The translations under genes and the position numbers were made by a program. Below, piece after piece: positions 47,756 to 56,491 of a stretch of DNA of 64,000 bases. The stretch lies in the IMG/VR virus record IMGVR_UViG_3300022660_001620. One strand, written 5' to 3'. How positions within the stretch are numbered: the stretch's first letter is position 1; every line of letters starts with the position of its first letter. The notes beneath the pieces are model-generated. The model was not told where the DNA came from. It saw only the letters and a list, made by a program, of their open reading frames with translations, and made no database searches. The stretch is from an uncultured virus (IMG/VR IMGVR_UViG_3300022660_001620) (taxonomy: Duplodnaviria; Heunggongvirae; Uroviricota; Caudoviricetes).

Positions 47756-48496
47756 CTATTCGCCGTCCTCCGGGTCTGGCACATCCACAACGCCGGTGGC
47801 CCTCATGCGCAGAATGGCAAGCCGTTCTTTCTCCAGCTCCATCCTCCGCTCGCTTTCCTCCAGCGCCCGCAGGCTGTCCGCGATCTTGGCAATGCGGCCC
47901 TGCACTTTGTATAGGGCCTCCTGCAATTTCAGCACCCGGCTAAAGGCGCTGTCCTTGCTGTACATTCCCATGTTCTGCACGGCACCGTCTTTCTTGTCCT
48001 TGCCCCGCCCGCTCGGAACGCGCATATCAAGCAGACTGCTGATATACAGCGTATCTTCCGGCTGGCTCTCATACTCGGCGATCTTCGCCATGATCTTGTG
48101 CTCCCGGAATTTGAGCAGCTGCATTTCATGTTCCAACGCCGCCTTGCTTCCCAGCGGCGTTTGGGCGATGAAATCCCGCTCCTGTTCGGTGAGCATATCA
48201 AAAAAGACGGCGCTGTAAGCTCCGTCCTTTTCCGCGTTCTTGTTTCCTACCGGCGCTCCGGGGTGGCTCCCCGCAGCGTTCTTTTTTCCGGCGCTGTTCC
48301 TGTTGCCCGGCTGGCCGCCGCGCTTTTTCTTTGGCAGGGCCTCGTCCCACTTGTCCGCCGCTTTCCAGTTCCGCATCGTCTGATAGGACACGCCCAACTC
48401 CTGCGCCAGCTCCCGCAGGCTTACTTTTTCGCCCCGTGCTTTCCGGGCGACATATTCAGCCTTGGCGGTGTCGCGCTTCTCGCTCCGCTTCGGCAT
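47756..48496 (-). CDS. Second terminase-small-subunit-related HTH protein
   Basis: LRELAQELGVSYQTMRNWK..DKW; GGQPGNRN, GAPVGNKNAEK.G. Confidence 0.75.
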   Translation of the reverse strand: MPKRSEKRDTAKAEYVARKARGEKVSLRELAQELGVSYQTMRNWKAADKWDEALPKKKRGGQPGNRNSAGKKNAAGSHPGAPVGNKNAEKDGAYSAVFFDMLTEQERDFIAQTPLGSKAALEHEMQLLKFREHKIMAKIAEYESQPEDTLYISSLLDMRVPSGRGKDKKDGAVQNMGMYSKDSAFSRVLKLQEALYKVQGRIAKIADSLRALEESERRMELEKERLAILRMRATGVVDVPDPEDGE

Positions 48497-48686
48497 TTCG
48501 CACCTCCTGAATAGGCGGCACACCCCGTCCGGCCTACATCATTACCCCGCGCAGGAACGCAGGGCTTCGGCCAAAACAGGGTGCGCCAATAGCAAAGCCC
48601 GCAGCGTTTCCGCCACGGGCTTTGATTCCACAATATTGTTTTACCACAGAAAACCTGTCAAAGTTGCTAACTCTCAAAAATTATTT

Positions 48687-49733
48687 TTATTCCGTCACAT
48701 AGTCGTATGTCACAAAGCCAATGTATGCCGTCAGCAGCACCAGTTCCCGGTCTATATCATTCAGGATATTTACCTCCGCGCTTTCGTTGCCGTGTCCATT
48801 CGCGGCCAGCAGATTGCACAGGGAAACGGACAGGTCTGCGGTGGTGTTGCGCAGCTCGTTCCACACCTCCGCGGCATCCTCCGTCCCGGCCTTTGCCAGC
48901 ACTGCTGTTTCTGCCATACCGTCGCACCAAAGGTTGACCACATACACCGTTCCGACCAGCTCCACCGTGTAATCGTCCTCAAAGAACCGTTCCATAGTTT
49001 GCTCGATCAGCGCGACCATTTCCTCTGTCGGTATGGCCTCCGGCTCCTCCGGCACTGGTGCGGTGTACTGCTGTTCCATGTATACATACCGCTCGCCGGT
49101 TTCATCATCAGTCTTTACCAGCGGGCCGCTCATGCACTCGCCCTGGGTTCCAAGCTCGGTTTTTGCCCAATACCCCTGCTCCTCCATTCTCATGGTGCAG
49201 CTTACGGTATACTCTCCGGCCAGATCGTGGTAGTCCCCAAAGAAGCGGTCTGTTGTTGCCGTTCCGTTTTTCACCTTTACCGTCTGGGACTTTGTGTAGC
49301 TTCCGCCGTCGGCCAGCGTCACAGTCAACTCCGTCTTATCCGGCAGATTGGTTTCCACAGTGAATATCGGGCGTTCCGGGTCACCGCCTGGCGTGATCTT
49401 CATTGTGACCTCGAATTGCTCCAGCGCATAATGTTTAACGACCACCGCCGCGTCCGGCTTGAACTTGTTTGCTGTATTATAGCTTTCCATATCGCCAATG
49501 ACCACGGACACCACTTCTCCGTCCCGCTCCTTGTCGTTGGTGCTGACGGTTTCCGTCGTGATCTGCGTAAATCCCGCCGCCGTGAGCTGTTCCATCACAT
49601 CGGCGTAATTCATGCCCGCGCTGTCCTCGTCGGTAAACGGGGCGTTGATCTTGTCCCCTCCGCCGCATCCGGTCATAAGCAGAAGAAGCATAGTCGCAAG
49701 CAGCAGAAGCGTCGCCATCCTTTTGGTTTTCAT
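48687..49733 (-). CDS. Lipoprotein moron
   Basis: MKTKRMATLLLLATMLLLLMTGC lipobox; PASTA-like GMNYADV..QL..AGF segment. Confidence 0.75.
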   Translation of the reverse strand: MKTKRMATLLLLATMLLLLMTGCGGGDKINAPFTDEDSAGMNYADVMEQLTAAGFTQITTETVSTNDKERDGEVVSVVIGDMESYNTANKFKPDAAVVVKHYALEQFEVTMKITPGGDPERPIFTVETNLPDKTELTVTLADGGSYTKSQTVKVKNGTATTDRFFGDYHDLAGEYTVSCTMRMEEQGYWAKTELGTQGECMSGPLVKTDDETGERYVYMEQQYTAPVPEEPEAIPTEEMVALIEQTMERFFEDDYTVELVGTVYVVNLWCDGMAETAVLAKAGTEDAAEVWNELRNTTADLSVSLCNLLAANGHGNESAEVNILNDIDRELVLLTAYIGFVTYDYVTE

Positions 49734-50329
49734 TTTGCTGTGACCCCTTTCGTATAAAATAAAAAGTGCGGCTACCGAAGCAGCCGCACAAAAACACAAA
49801 CTCCGATAGTCGCCAAACCAATCTGCACAAACGGGTATTCCCACACGAACAGAAACGGAATTTGCATTTTATCAAATTCATTCCATTCGTGCGGGATATG
49901 TTTGTGCATCCAATGGGTATACTACCCCCTTGGATTTTTGTTTGTGCATTTATTCAGATTGATTTGGCTTTTCTATTGTATCGCATTTTGTCGCAAAATT
50001 AAAGTACCTTGCTAAAATATTTTTTCTCCCCCCCGGACTGCCCGCGCAGCTCCGGGGTTTTTCCGTGTCCCGCCGCATCCACGCCCGGCCCGTTTGCCCA
50101 CTCAGTTGCCAACATGCTTTTAACTTGCCTGTAACTTGCTTACAACTTGCGTCCACCGGCCCGGAACCGCCACCGCCGCGCCCGCTCCGCTTGCCATCCA
50201 CCCCGGAACCGCCGCCACCCTCATGCTCCGCCAGCCCGGAAACACCCAGTTTCCGGGCCTTTTGTCGCGTTTTGACCCCCGCCTCCTTTTTCCGCCCCGC
50301 CCCAGGGAAGCGATTTTTTGCCCCCTCAC

Positions 50330-50390
50330 CTAAAAAAATTTTGCGCTTCCGAACCCGCAGAGCTTGGCGCTGCCGCCGCCAGTACCTACG
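50330..50390 (-). other. Putative cos region
   Basis: Minus strand AGGTACT-GGCGGCGGCAGCGCCAAGCTCTGCGGGTT loosely resembles lambda cosQ (GGGTCCT)/cosN; non-coding, upstream of GpA/Nu1 terminase. Confidence 0.35.
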
Positions 50391-50437
50391 CGCGGGCGCG
50401 TTTAGAATTTCGCGCGGGTGTGCGCGAGCGCGGGCGC

Positions 50438-50770
50438 GGGCGTTTGGTATCGCGGGTGCGGGCGTTTGGTTGGCCTGCGGTGGTGGCTGGCTGGTAGTGG
50501 CCTGCTGTCGTGCGGGCGTGGGCGTTTGGTCTGCCGTCCTGCTGGCCTGCGGTCTGGCGGTATGGCCTGCGCCCTGTTGCCGATCTTGTGCGAGGGCTTG
50601 CCCCTGCTGGCTGTTGCGTGGGCGCTGCTGGCCTGCGCCGGGCGCACATGGTCAGCCGGTCCCGGCTTGCCTGCTGCCGATCTGGTGCAACCCTGCCGGG
50701 GGAGTGCAGCCGGGCGACCTGGGAGCCGGTGCCGATGGCCTGCGCCGTTATCGCTCCGGGCGTGGCCTGC
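50438..50770 (+). repeat. A-poor non-coding tract with 7x TGGCCTGC and 3x GGGCGTTTGGT
   Basis: TGGCCTGC at 50471, 50498, 50543, 50563, 50629, 50736, 50763; GGGCGTTTGGT at 50438, 50460, 50520. Confidence 0.75.
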
Positions 50771-50985
50771 TTTCGTTGCCGTTGCCCGGCCTGCCGTCTT
50801 TCCGCCCCGGATGCCGTCGGGAGGGGTTTTATGCGCCCGGTCTGGTATCTTGATAGCCTGGATATATATGCCCCCTATAATCCCCCAAACTGTGCAATTT
50901 TCACGAAAATCCGCCACAAAAATTTGTGCAAAAATAATTCCCACAGTTCCCCTTTAGGGGGAACTTGGGAACGGTTTTGGGGGTA

Positions 50986-51014
50986 TTGACGGCGCAAAAT
51001 TTCGCCGTTATCAT
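50986..51014 (+). promoter_or_regulatory. sigmaA promoter with internal inverted repeat
   Basis: TTGACG-17-TATCAT; ACGGCG...CGCCGT spans the spacer. Confidence 0.7.
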
Positions 51015-51089
51015 CCGGGGCAAGCGGAGGCCACGCGGCCAACGCCCAGCGAACCGCCGACCAACGGCGACCAGAAAGGGGAGGTGAAC

Positions 51090-51215
51090 ATGGACAGCAT
51101 GAACACGCGGGAACTTGACCGCCTGGCCGACTGGCTCAAGGCGCAAGGCTTCACGGCGGAACAGGTTCTTGAGTGCCTGAAGTACATCACAGGCACCACA
51201 CCGCCGGAGAAGTAA
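51090..51215 (+). CDS. 41-aa small protein (not in the ORF track)
   Basis: MDSMNTRELDRLADWLKAQGFTAEQVLECLKYITGTTPPEK*; GGAGGTG RBS; own promoter and terminator. Confidence 0.65.
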   Translation: MDSMNTRELDRLADWLKAQGFTAEQVLECLKYITGTTPPEK

Positions 51216-51260
51216 AAAACACCGGGGGCCAGCCCTCGCAAAGCTCCCCCGGTGTTTTTC
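51215..51260. terminator. Bidirectional terminator
   Basis: AAAAACACCGGGGG...CCCCCGGTGTTTTT. Confidence 0.7.
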
Positions 51261-51412
51261 TCAACCAGTCCGGGCGGTGAGTTCGCCACCGCCCCGGACA
51301 CGGTAAAAGCATATCACACCAGCGCCGAAAAATCAACGGCACCCGGCAAAATAAAAAATTTTCCCCCTACGGGGGAACGGCCCGGAACCAGAAAAAATTT
51401 CAAAATTTGGGC

Positions 51413-51471
51413 TTGACAACGGCACGCAACAGTGCTATGTTGTAGCCACAGCAACAAGCACGCAACAGTGC
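51413..51471 (+). promoter_or_regulatory. Early promoter with two identical 14-bp operators
   Basis: TTGACA-17-TATGTT with extended TG; GCACGCAACAGTGC at 51422-51435 and 51458-51471. Confidence 0.75.
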
Positions 51472-51500
51472 AATCACAAACACAAATGGAGGTAAACACC

Positions 51501-51914
51501 ATGACAAACAACGAAATCATTTTTGAAACCGTCCGCGCCGCCTTTACTCCCGCCCAGCTCGCCGATCTGGTCAACGCGATCTATCCCGCCGACAAGATCA
51601 CCGCCCGCCGGGCCAGCGTCAAGATCGCCGTTGCAGAGGACAGCAACGACACCCCGGAAGATATTTTTAACGCCATGCTGGCCGCTGAAACTTTCCACAC
51701 TTTCTCGGAGTGGAAGCGCATGGGGTACAGCGTGAAAAAGGGCGAACACGCCGCGCTTGTCTGCAATCTCTGGAAGTACACCGACAAGCCCGGCAAAGCC
51801 GCCAGGGAAGCCGCCGCCGCTGCCGGGCAGGATGCCCCCGAAAGCGACCCGCATTTTTACATGGCGAAAGCGCACCTTTTCAGCGCCTTACAGGTGCAAA
51901 AAATCAAGGCTTGA
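51501..51914 (+). CDS. ArdC-like ssDNA-binding domain protein
   Basis: FHTFSEWKRMGYSVKKGEHA....LWKY...LFSALQV. Confidence 0.75.
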   Translation: MTNNEIIFETVRAAFTPAQLADLVNAIYPADKITARRASVKIAVAEDSNDTPEDIFNAMLAAETFHTFSEWKRMGYSVKKGEHAALVCNLWKYTDKPGKAAREAAAAAGQDAPESDPHFYMAKAHLFSALQVQKIKA

Positions 51915-51923
51915 CCCCGGCGA

Positions 51924-51970
51924 CGCGGACACTTTAGCAGGGCTGCACCGCACAAAGCAACCCAGCCCCA
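51924..51970. repeat. Intergenic structured element, copy 1
   Basis: CGCGG ACACTTT AGCA GGGCTGC A CCGC ACAAA GCAACCC AGCCCCA. Confidence 0.8.
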
Positions 51971-52011
51971 GCCCAGCAGGGCCAACAACAGAATTTTTTG
52001 GAGGTTATCAC

Positions 52012-52938
52012 ATGAAAAAGTTTACCGTCCATTACACCAAGGACACCGCCAAGGCCATCAAGGCCGCCGAGCGCCTGATCTGCACCACCACCGAGGACGG
52101 CGCGATCTATCTTTGTTCCGGCTACTGGATGTACAAAATGGACGCGCTGGAATATGCCGCCGTTGCCCAGCCCGTCACCCACTGCGACCCCGGCAACTGG
52201 ACGATTGACAGCAACGGCAAGCGGGACGGCAACGACGGCAAAAACCTGTTGCGGATTTTCGCGGATGCCGTAAAGGCCAACGAAAGCAAGCCCGCCCTGG
52301 AGCGTTGCCCCCTCTCCCTGGAGCGTCCGAACCTCTCCGCGTATCTGTATCACAGCCCGGACGGCTTCGCCGCTGCTTATGACTGCCGATACATTGCCCC
52401 GATCAGCAAGGGCCAGCAGCTCCGCGCCCCCGGCGCAACCTCTCCCGCCGTTTTCTACGACAGCGAAAAAGAGCCGTTTGCGCTGGTTATGCCCATCCGC
52501 CTGGATGCCAAGGACATCCGCGCCATTACGGCATATTTCACCGAACCCGCCGCACAGAACGCCAGCGACAGCGCCGCCCAGGTTGACCGGCTCCGGGACA
52601 AGCTGACCCAGGCACAGGACGAAAACGCCCAGCAGGCCGCCGAGCTGGAAGCGCTGCGGGCCAAGCTGGCCGAGCTGGAAGCCCAGCAGGCACCCGCACA
52701 GGAAGCCGCCGACGACAAGCCCCAGCAGGCACCCGCCCAGGACGCAAAGACCGCCGCCGAGCTGATCGCTTCCCGCTTCGCAGGCTTTGCAGGCGTGACC
52801 GCCACCATCAAGGGCGCACAGACCGCCGCGCCGGTGGTATGGCTGGCAGGCGATACCGAGAAACACGCCGACGCGATCAAGGCAGCAGGCGCAAAATGGA
52901 GCAACAAAAAATCTGCCTTTTATGTCCGCGTCGCCTGA
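52012..52938 (+). CDS. Hypothetical early protein (coiled coil + C-terminal WLAGDT..H...IK..G.KW domain)
   Basis: GGAGG RBS; open frame with phage-like codon usage. Confidence 0.7.
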   Translation: MKKFTVHYTKDTAKAIKAAERLICTTTEDGAIYLCSGYWMYKMDALEYAAVAQPVTHCDPGNWTIDSNGKRDGNDGKNLLRIFADAVKANESKPALERCPLSLERPNLSAYLYHSPDGFAAAYDCRYIAPISKGQQLRAPGATSPAVFYDSEKEPFALVMPIRLDAKDIRAITAYFTEPAAQNASDSAAQVDRLRDKLTQAQDENAQQAAELEALRAKLAELEAQQAPAQEAADDKPQQAPAQDAKTAAELIASRFAGFAGVTATIKGAQTAAPVVWLAGDTEKHADAIKAAGAKWSNKKSAFYVRVA

Positions 52939-52954
52939 CCCGGACACCCGGACA

Positions 52955-53001
52955 CCCGGACACCTTCGCGGGCCGCACCGGCACAAAGCGACCCGACCCC
53001 A
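52955..53001. repeat. Intergenic structured element, copy 2 (5' octamer CCCGGACA triplicated from 52939)
   Basis: CCCGG ACACCTT CG CGGGCCGC A CCGG CACAAA GCGACCCG ACCCCA. Confidence 0.85.
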
Positions 53002-53040
53002 GGCCACCGGCCACAAAATCACAAAATGGAGGTACACAAA

Positions 53041-53523
53041 ATGTCCAGCTTCATCATGTCGCCCCAGTCCCACGCGACCCTTGCAAACGCCCTGGAATAT
53101 ATCTTGAACAGCGGCTTTAACCGCTTCGGCTTTGACGCTCCCGACACCCTGCACAAAGCCCTGAATGACTGCCGTGATCGTTACGGCTTCTACTGTAACG
53201 GCCTGATCTACAACCGGCTTTACAGCCTGAACGCCCGCGCCGTAGATACCCGATACAAACACGCGGACGCTTCCCAGGTGCCAGATATGCCGGAGGTGCC
53301 GCCGCTGATCGAGGAGCGCCAGCGCGTCAACCACCACGAAAAGCTGCTGCCCTGGCATTACAAATTCTGCAAGATGCTTGATTGCCAGATTTACCAATCC
53401 AGTGAGGACGCGACCCGAAACGACCCGCTTTTGCTTGCCCTGATCGACTTCTCCCGCGTCTACAAATCGTTTCTTGTGACCAACACCGACGAATACGACG
53501 CCGCCCCATGGGGCTGCATCTGA
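53041..53523 (+). CDS. Hypothetical early protein
   Basis: MSSFIMS...LY.LN..AV..RY...LDCQIYQSSE; GGAGG RBS. Confidence 0.7.
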   Translation: MSSFIMSPQSHATLANALEYILNSGFNRFGFDAPDTLHKALNDCRDRYGFYCNGLIYNRLYSLNARAVDTRYKHADASQVPDMPEVPPLIEERQRVNHHEKLLPWHYKFCKMLDCQIYQSSEDATRNDPLLLALIDFSRVYKSFLVTNTDEYDAAPWGCI

Positions 53524-53532
53524 GCCACAAGA

Positions 53533-53578
53533 CCCGGAAACCTTGGCGGGCCGCACCGGCGAAAGCGACCCGACCCCA
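53533..53578. repeat. Intergenic structured element, copy 3
   Basis: CCCGG AAACCTT GG CGGGCCGC A CCGG CGAAA GCGACCCG ACCCCA. Confidence 0.85.
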
Positions 53579-53614
53579 GCCAAACGGCACAAAACAAAAC
53601 AGGAGGAAAAGACC

Positions 53615-54649
53615 ATGTACGAACAATACAGCATGATCGACCCGGCCCCGGAACAAACCACCCCGGAAGCGGAACAGACAGCCCCGGAAGCGGAGCAGGC
53701 CCAGCCCGAAACGGAACAGACCGCACCGGCGACCCGCTATTATGAGATCAGCGAAAGCACTGCCCGCCGGGCGCACGACATGAACTCCATGCGGGACTAT
53801 CCCACAAACCGTGCAACCGACGAATACCGCGCCGCCGTTGACGCTGCCGCCGCCCTGGTAGCATCCAAAAAGGCCAGCGTCAGCCCCTACTACCACGACA
53901 AGCTGGACGGCCTGCTTGATCGCTACGCCCGCCGCCTTGCCGAGTGGACAAACGCATACAACCGCAACCGGGCGAGCTGCCCCAGCATCCTTGTTTCCGG
54001 CGGCTCCAATTTCCCGGTCAACAAGAAGAACAAGCAGAACGCCCGCGAGGACAGCTTGTGGCAAGAGTACAAAACCATCGAGGCCATCTTGGAAAAGATC
54101 AAGAGCGTCGGCACCGGCCCCGTTGACCTGACCGACCCCCACGCCCGCGAAATCCTCACCGATCAGCTCAACGCCTACCAAAAGGCCCTGGATGATGCAA
54201 AGGCCGCAAACGCCTATTACCGCAAGCACAAAACGCTGGACGGCTGCCCCGGCATCGGCCCCAGGGAACGCGAATGGCTGACCCGGCCCGGCGTGTTCGC
54301 AAAGGGCGGCGGCTCCCCGCTGGAGCTGTACGGCTGCCCGTTCCCGCCTTACGAACTGCAAAGCCGCCGGGGATATATCAAGCGCGTTGCTGACCGTCTG
54401 GCCGAGCTGGACAGACTGGAAGCGGCAAAGGCCAACCCCGCCGAAAGCACAAAATTTGACGGCGGCGAGATCGTCCGCAACGCCGTGGAAAACCGGCTGC
54501 AAATCCTCTTTGACGACAAGCCCGACGAGGACACCCGCGCCGCGCTGAAAGCAAACGGCTTCCGCTGGTCGCCCCGCAACCAGGCATGGCAGCGCCAGCT
54601 TACTGACAACGCCGAAAGCGCCGCTCGCCGGGCGCTGGGCCTGAACTGA
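53615..54649 (+). CDS. Polyvalent-protein-type early protein (DUF3560-like)
   Basis: CPSILVSGGSNFP; NRLQILFDDKPDEDTR..LK.NGFRWSP...AWQRQL. Confidence 0.65.
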   Translation: MYEQYSMIDPAPEQTTPEAEQTAPEAEQAQPETEQTAPATRYYEISESTARRAHDMNSMRDYPTNRATDEYRAAVDAAAALVASKKASVSPYYHDKLDGLLDRYARRLAEWTNAYNRNRASCPSILVSGGSNFPVNKKNKQNAREDSLWQEYKTIEAILEKIKSVGTGPVDLTDPHAREILTDQLNAYQKALDDAKAANAYYRKHKTLDGCPGIGPREREWLTRPGVFAKGGGSPLELYGCPFPPYELQSRRGYIKRVADRLAELDRLEAAKANPAESTKFDGGEIVRNAVENRLQILFDDKPDEDTRAALKANGFRWSPRNQAWQRQLTDNAESAARRALGLN

Positions 54650-54680
54650 CAACCAATTTCGTGGCCCCACGAAAATGATA

Positions 54681-54728
54681 CCCGGACACCTTGGAGCCGT
54701 CGCACCGGCATAAAGCGACGGCACCCCA
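54681..54728. repeat. Intergenic structured element, copy 4
   Basis: CCCGG ACACCTT GGA GCCGTCGC A CCGG CATAAA GCGACGGC ACCCCA. Confidence 0.85.
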
Positions 54729-54771
54729 TACACAACCCGCCGCCCAGGGTAAAGGGCAGGGAGGACGCAAA

Positions 54772-54960
54772 ATGACCATCCGCGAGTATGCAAAAAGCGT
54801 CGGCTTTGAGATCGTCGGCAAGCTGACCCGCAAAGTTGAACCCTACGGCATAGACCGAAAGCAGCGTGTCTATATCGACGAGGCCGGGAACAAATATTAC
54901 CCCGACAACGGCGATGCCTGCGGTTTCTGCATCGTGACCGTTGACGGCAAGATCATCTGA
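54772..54960 (+). CDS. Small hypothetical protein
   Basis: MTIREYAKSVGFEIVGKL...; GGAGG RBS. Confidence 0.65.
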   Translation: MTIREYAKSVGFEIVGKLTRKVEPYGIDRKQRVYIDEAGNKYYPDNGDACGFCIVTVDGKII

Positions 54961-54979
54961 CAAAACGGATGTACACAAA

Positions 54980-55138
54980 ATGGAACTGAATTGGAATATC
55001 CCCAGTGAAAGCCTGATACTGGACAAACTCGACGAGCTGCGCCAGGCTTTAGAGAACTTCCCCGAAAGCAGGCTTGCCCCTGTATGGCGACATGCTATCG
55101 AGGAGCTGGAAGCCCAGCTTCCTTGCAGCAAAGATTAA
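54980..55138 (+). CDS. Small hypothetical protein
   Basis: Fills the gap in the operon; weak RBS. Confidence 0.4.
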   Translation: MELNWNIPSESLILDKLDELRQALENFPESRLAPVWRHAIEELEAQLPCSKD

Positions 55139-55161
55139 CAAACTCACAAGGAGGAATGCAC

Positions 55162-55629
55162 ATGATTGACCGATACAACCACTACGCCCGCTACAATGAG
55201 CTGATGGCCCTTGCATCTGGCTCCGCCCCTGCGCGCCGGAATGACGGTGGCTACATGGCCGCCCTTTACATTCTCTCCGCCGACACAGAACTGTATGGCA
55301 TCGCCCGCTCCAAGATCGGCAGCAACGGCGTTAGCTTTAGCAGTCTGTTAAGCGCAGCCCGCCGCGCCGAGCTGTCCGATTCTCAGGTTATCGCCGCCAA
55401 AGCGGCGCACAGCCTGTTCAATGGCGGTTCTGGCTCTACCACGCCTTGCGATCTTGTCCACTGCGATTACAGCACTCTGGACATCATCACCGACGCGCTG
55501 TATATCTGGAAAGGCGGGCGCATCCCCGCCGCCGACGGCAGCGGCCAAATGTACCTTGACCGCTCCACCGAGCACCGCCACAGGAGTTTTGAAGTTGCGC
55601 TTGCACAACACTTTGCCGCAGAGGCGTGA
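55162..55629 (+). CDS. DUF6075-like protein
   Basis: H..RY..L...D.GYMAALYILSAD...LS......AHSLFNG; AAGGAGG RBS. Confidence 0.55.
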   Translation: MIDRYNHYARYNELMALASGSAPARRNDGGYMAALYILSADTELYGIARSKIGSNGVSFSSLLSAARRAELSDSQVIAAKAAHSLFNGGSGSTTPCDLVHCDYSTLDIITDALYIWKGGRIPAADGSGQMYLDRSTEHRHRSFEVALAQHFAAEA

Positions 55630-55676
55630 CCCGAGATTCCACCTTTCCACAAAACGACCCGCACAGGAGGCAAGCT

Positions 55677-55913
55677 ATGTTCATTGCACCCGCAGGCACC
55701 GCCCTGTACACAAAAGAGCATGACGGCACAATCCAGCGTTGGTATCTGGATAGCTGGCACGGCGACTGGTTTTCCGTCGCCACAAAAAAGAACGCCAGGC
55801 TGTCCGACTACAAGCGCTACTATCCTGCCGCCGAGATTGGCACGGCCATCTATAAAACCCGGAAAGAGGCCGTTGCGGCACCCCGCCCGGCCACCGTTTA
55901 CCAGCCGCGCTAA
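55677..55913 (+). CDS. Small hypothetical protein
   Basis: AGGAGG RBS; IG..IYKTRKEA. Confidence 0.6.
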   Translation: MFIAPAGTALYTKEHDGTIQRWYLDSWHGDWFSVATKKNARLSDYKRYYPAAEIGTAIYKTRKEAVAAPRPATVYQPR

Positions 55914-55921
55914 AAAAGCAT

Positions 55922-55950
55922 TAGACCATCTTGATTTCGTATGATATAAT
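55922..55950 (+). promoter_or_regulatory. Internal sigmaA promoter
   Basis: TAGACC-17-TATAAT with extended TG. Confidence 0.55.
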
Positions 55951-55987
55951 GCGACAAAACGAGAATACGCAGAAACGAGGCGATACA

Positions 55988-56257
55988 GTGGACAATGCAC
56001 ACGCAATATACCCCGCGTTCCGTCTGGTGGCGCAGTTTGCCGACGGAACACGGCTTTTGTTCGACGGTTTCACCGAGGAGCAGGCCCAGCAGCGCATGGA
56101 GGCCGCCCAGGCCCAGCATGGGGAAATCACCTGGTACGACGGCGTGACCGACGAACACTACGAAAACGGCAGATTTTACAAGCTCACCCCGCCACCGCCG
56201 GAGATCAGCATGATCGACCTGACGGAATACGGCCCACTTCACGAAAAGGAGGAATGA
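55988..56257 (+). CDS. Hypothetical protein
   Basis: GAGG RBS, GTG start. Confidence 0.55.
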   Translation: MDNAHAIYPAFRLVAQFADGTRLLFDGFTEEQAQQRMEAAQAQHGEITWYDGVTDEHYENGRFYKLTPPPPEISMIDLTEYGPLHEKEE

Positions 56258-56260
56258 CCA

Positions 56261-56482
56261 ATGCCTGTATCAGAAGCAAAGCGCCGCAACAATGATAAAT
56301 ACAATGCCAAATGCGACTATATCAGCATCCGCCCTGTAAAGCCCGTTGGCGCAGCCATCCGGGCCGCCGCGAAAGCAGCCGGGCAAAGTGTCCAGGGCTA
56401 CATCCTGCAATCCTGCGCCGAGCGTCTGACGCGCGAGGGCCAGCCCTTGGAGCTGCCCGCAGAAGAAACCGACGCAGAGTGA
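56261..56482 (+). CDS. Ribbon-helix-helix (Arc-like) regulator
   Basis: SEAKRRNNDKYNAK.DYISIR......IRAAAKAAGQSVQGYI. Confidence 0.75.
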   Translation: MPVSEAKRRNNDKYNAKCDYISIRPVKPVGAAIRAAAKAAGQSVQGYILQSCAERLTREGQPLELPAEETDAE

Positions 56483-56491
56483 CCACAAAAC

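Noticed and set aside
50065..50989. Several overlapping ORFs of 160-260 aa
   Set aside because: Low-complexity Arg/Pro/Ala/Cys translations of a GC-rich repeat tract; treated as non-coding.
51924..54728. CRISPR array, terminators or classical integron attC sites
   Set aside because: Repeats are separated by whole genes, lack U tracts and RYYYAAC/GTTRRRY ends; no cas or intI gene.
51934..54793. Minus-strand 575-aa and 488-aa ORFs
   Set aside because: Shadows of + strand genes that have clear RBSs and motifs.
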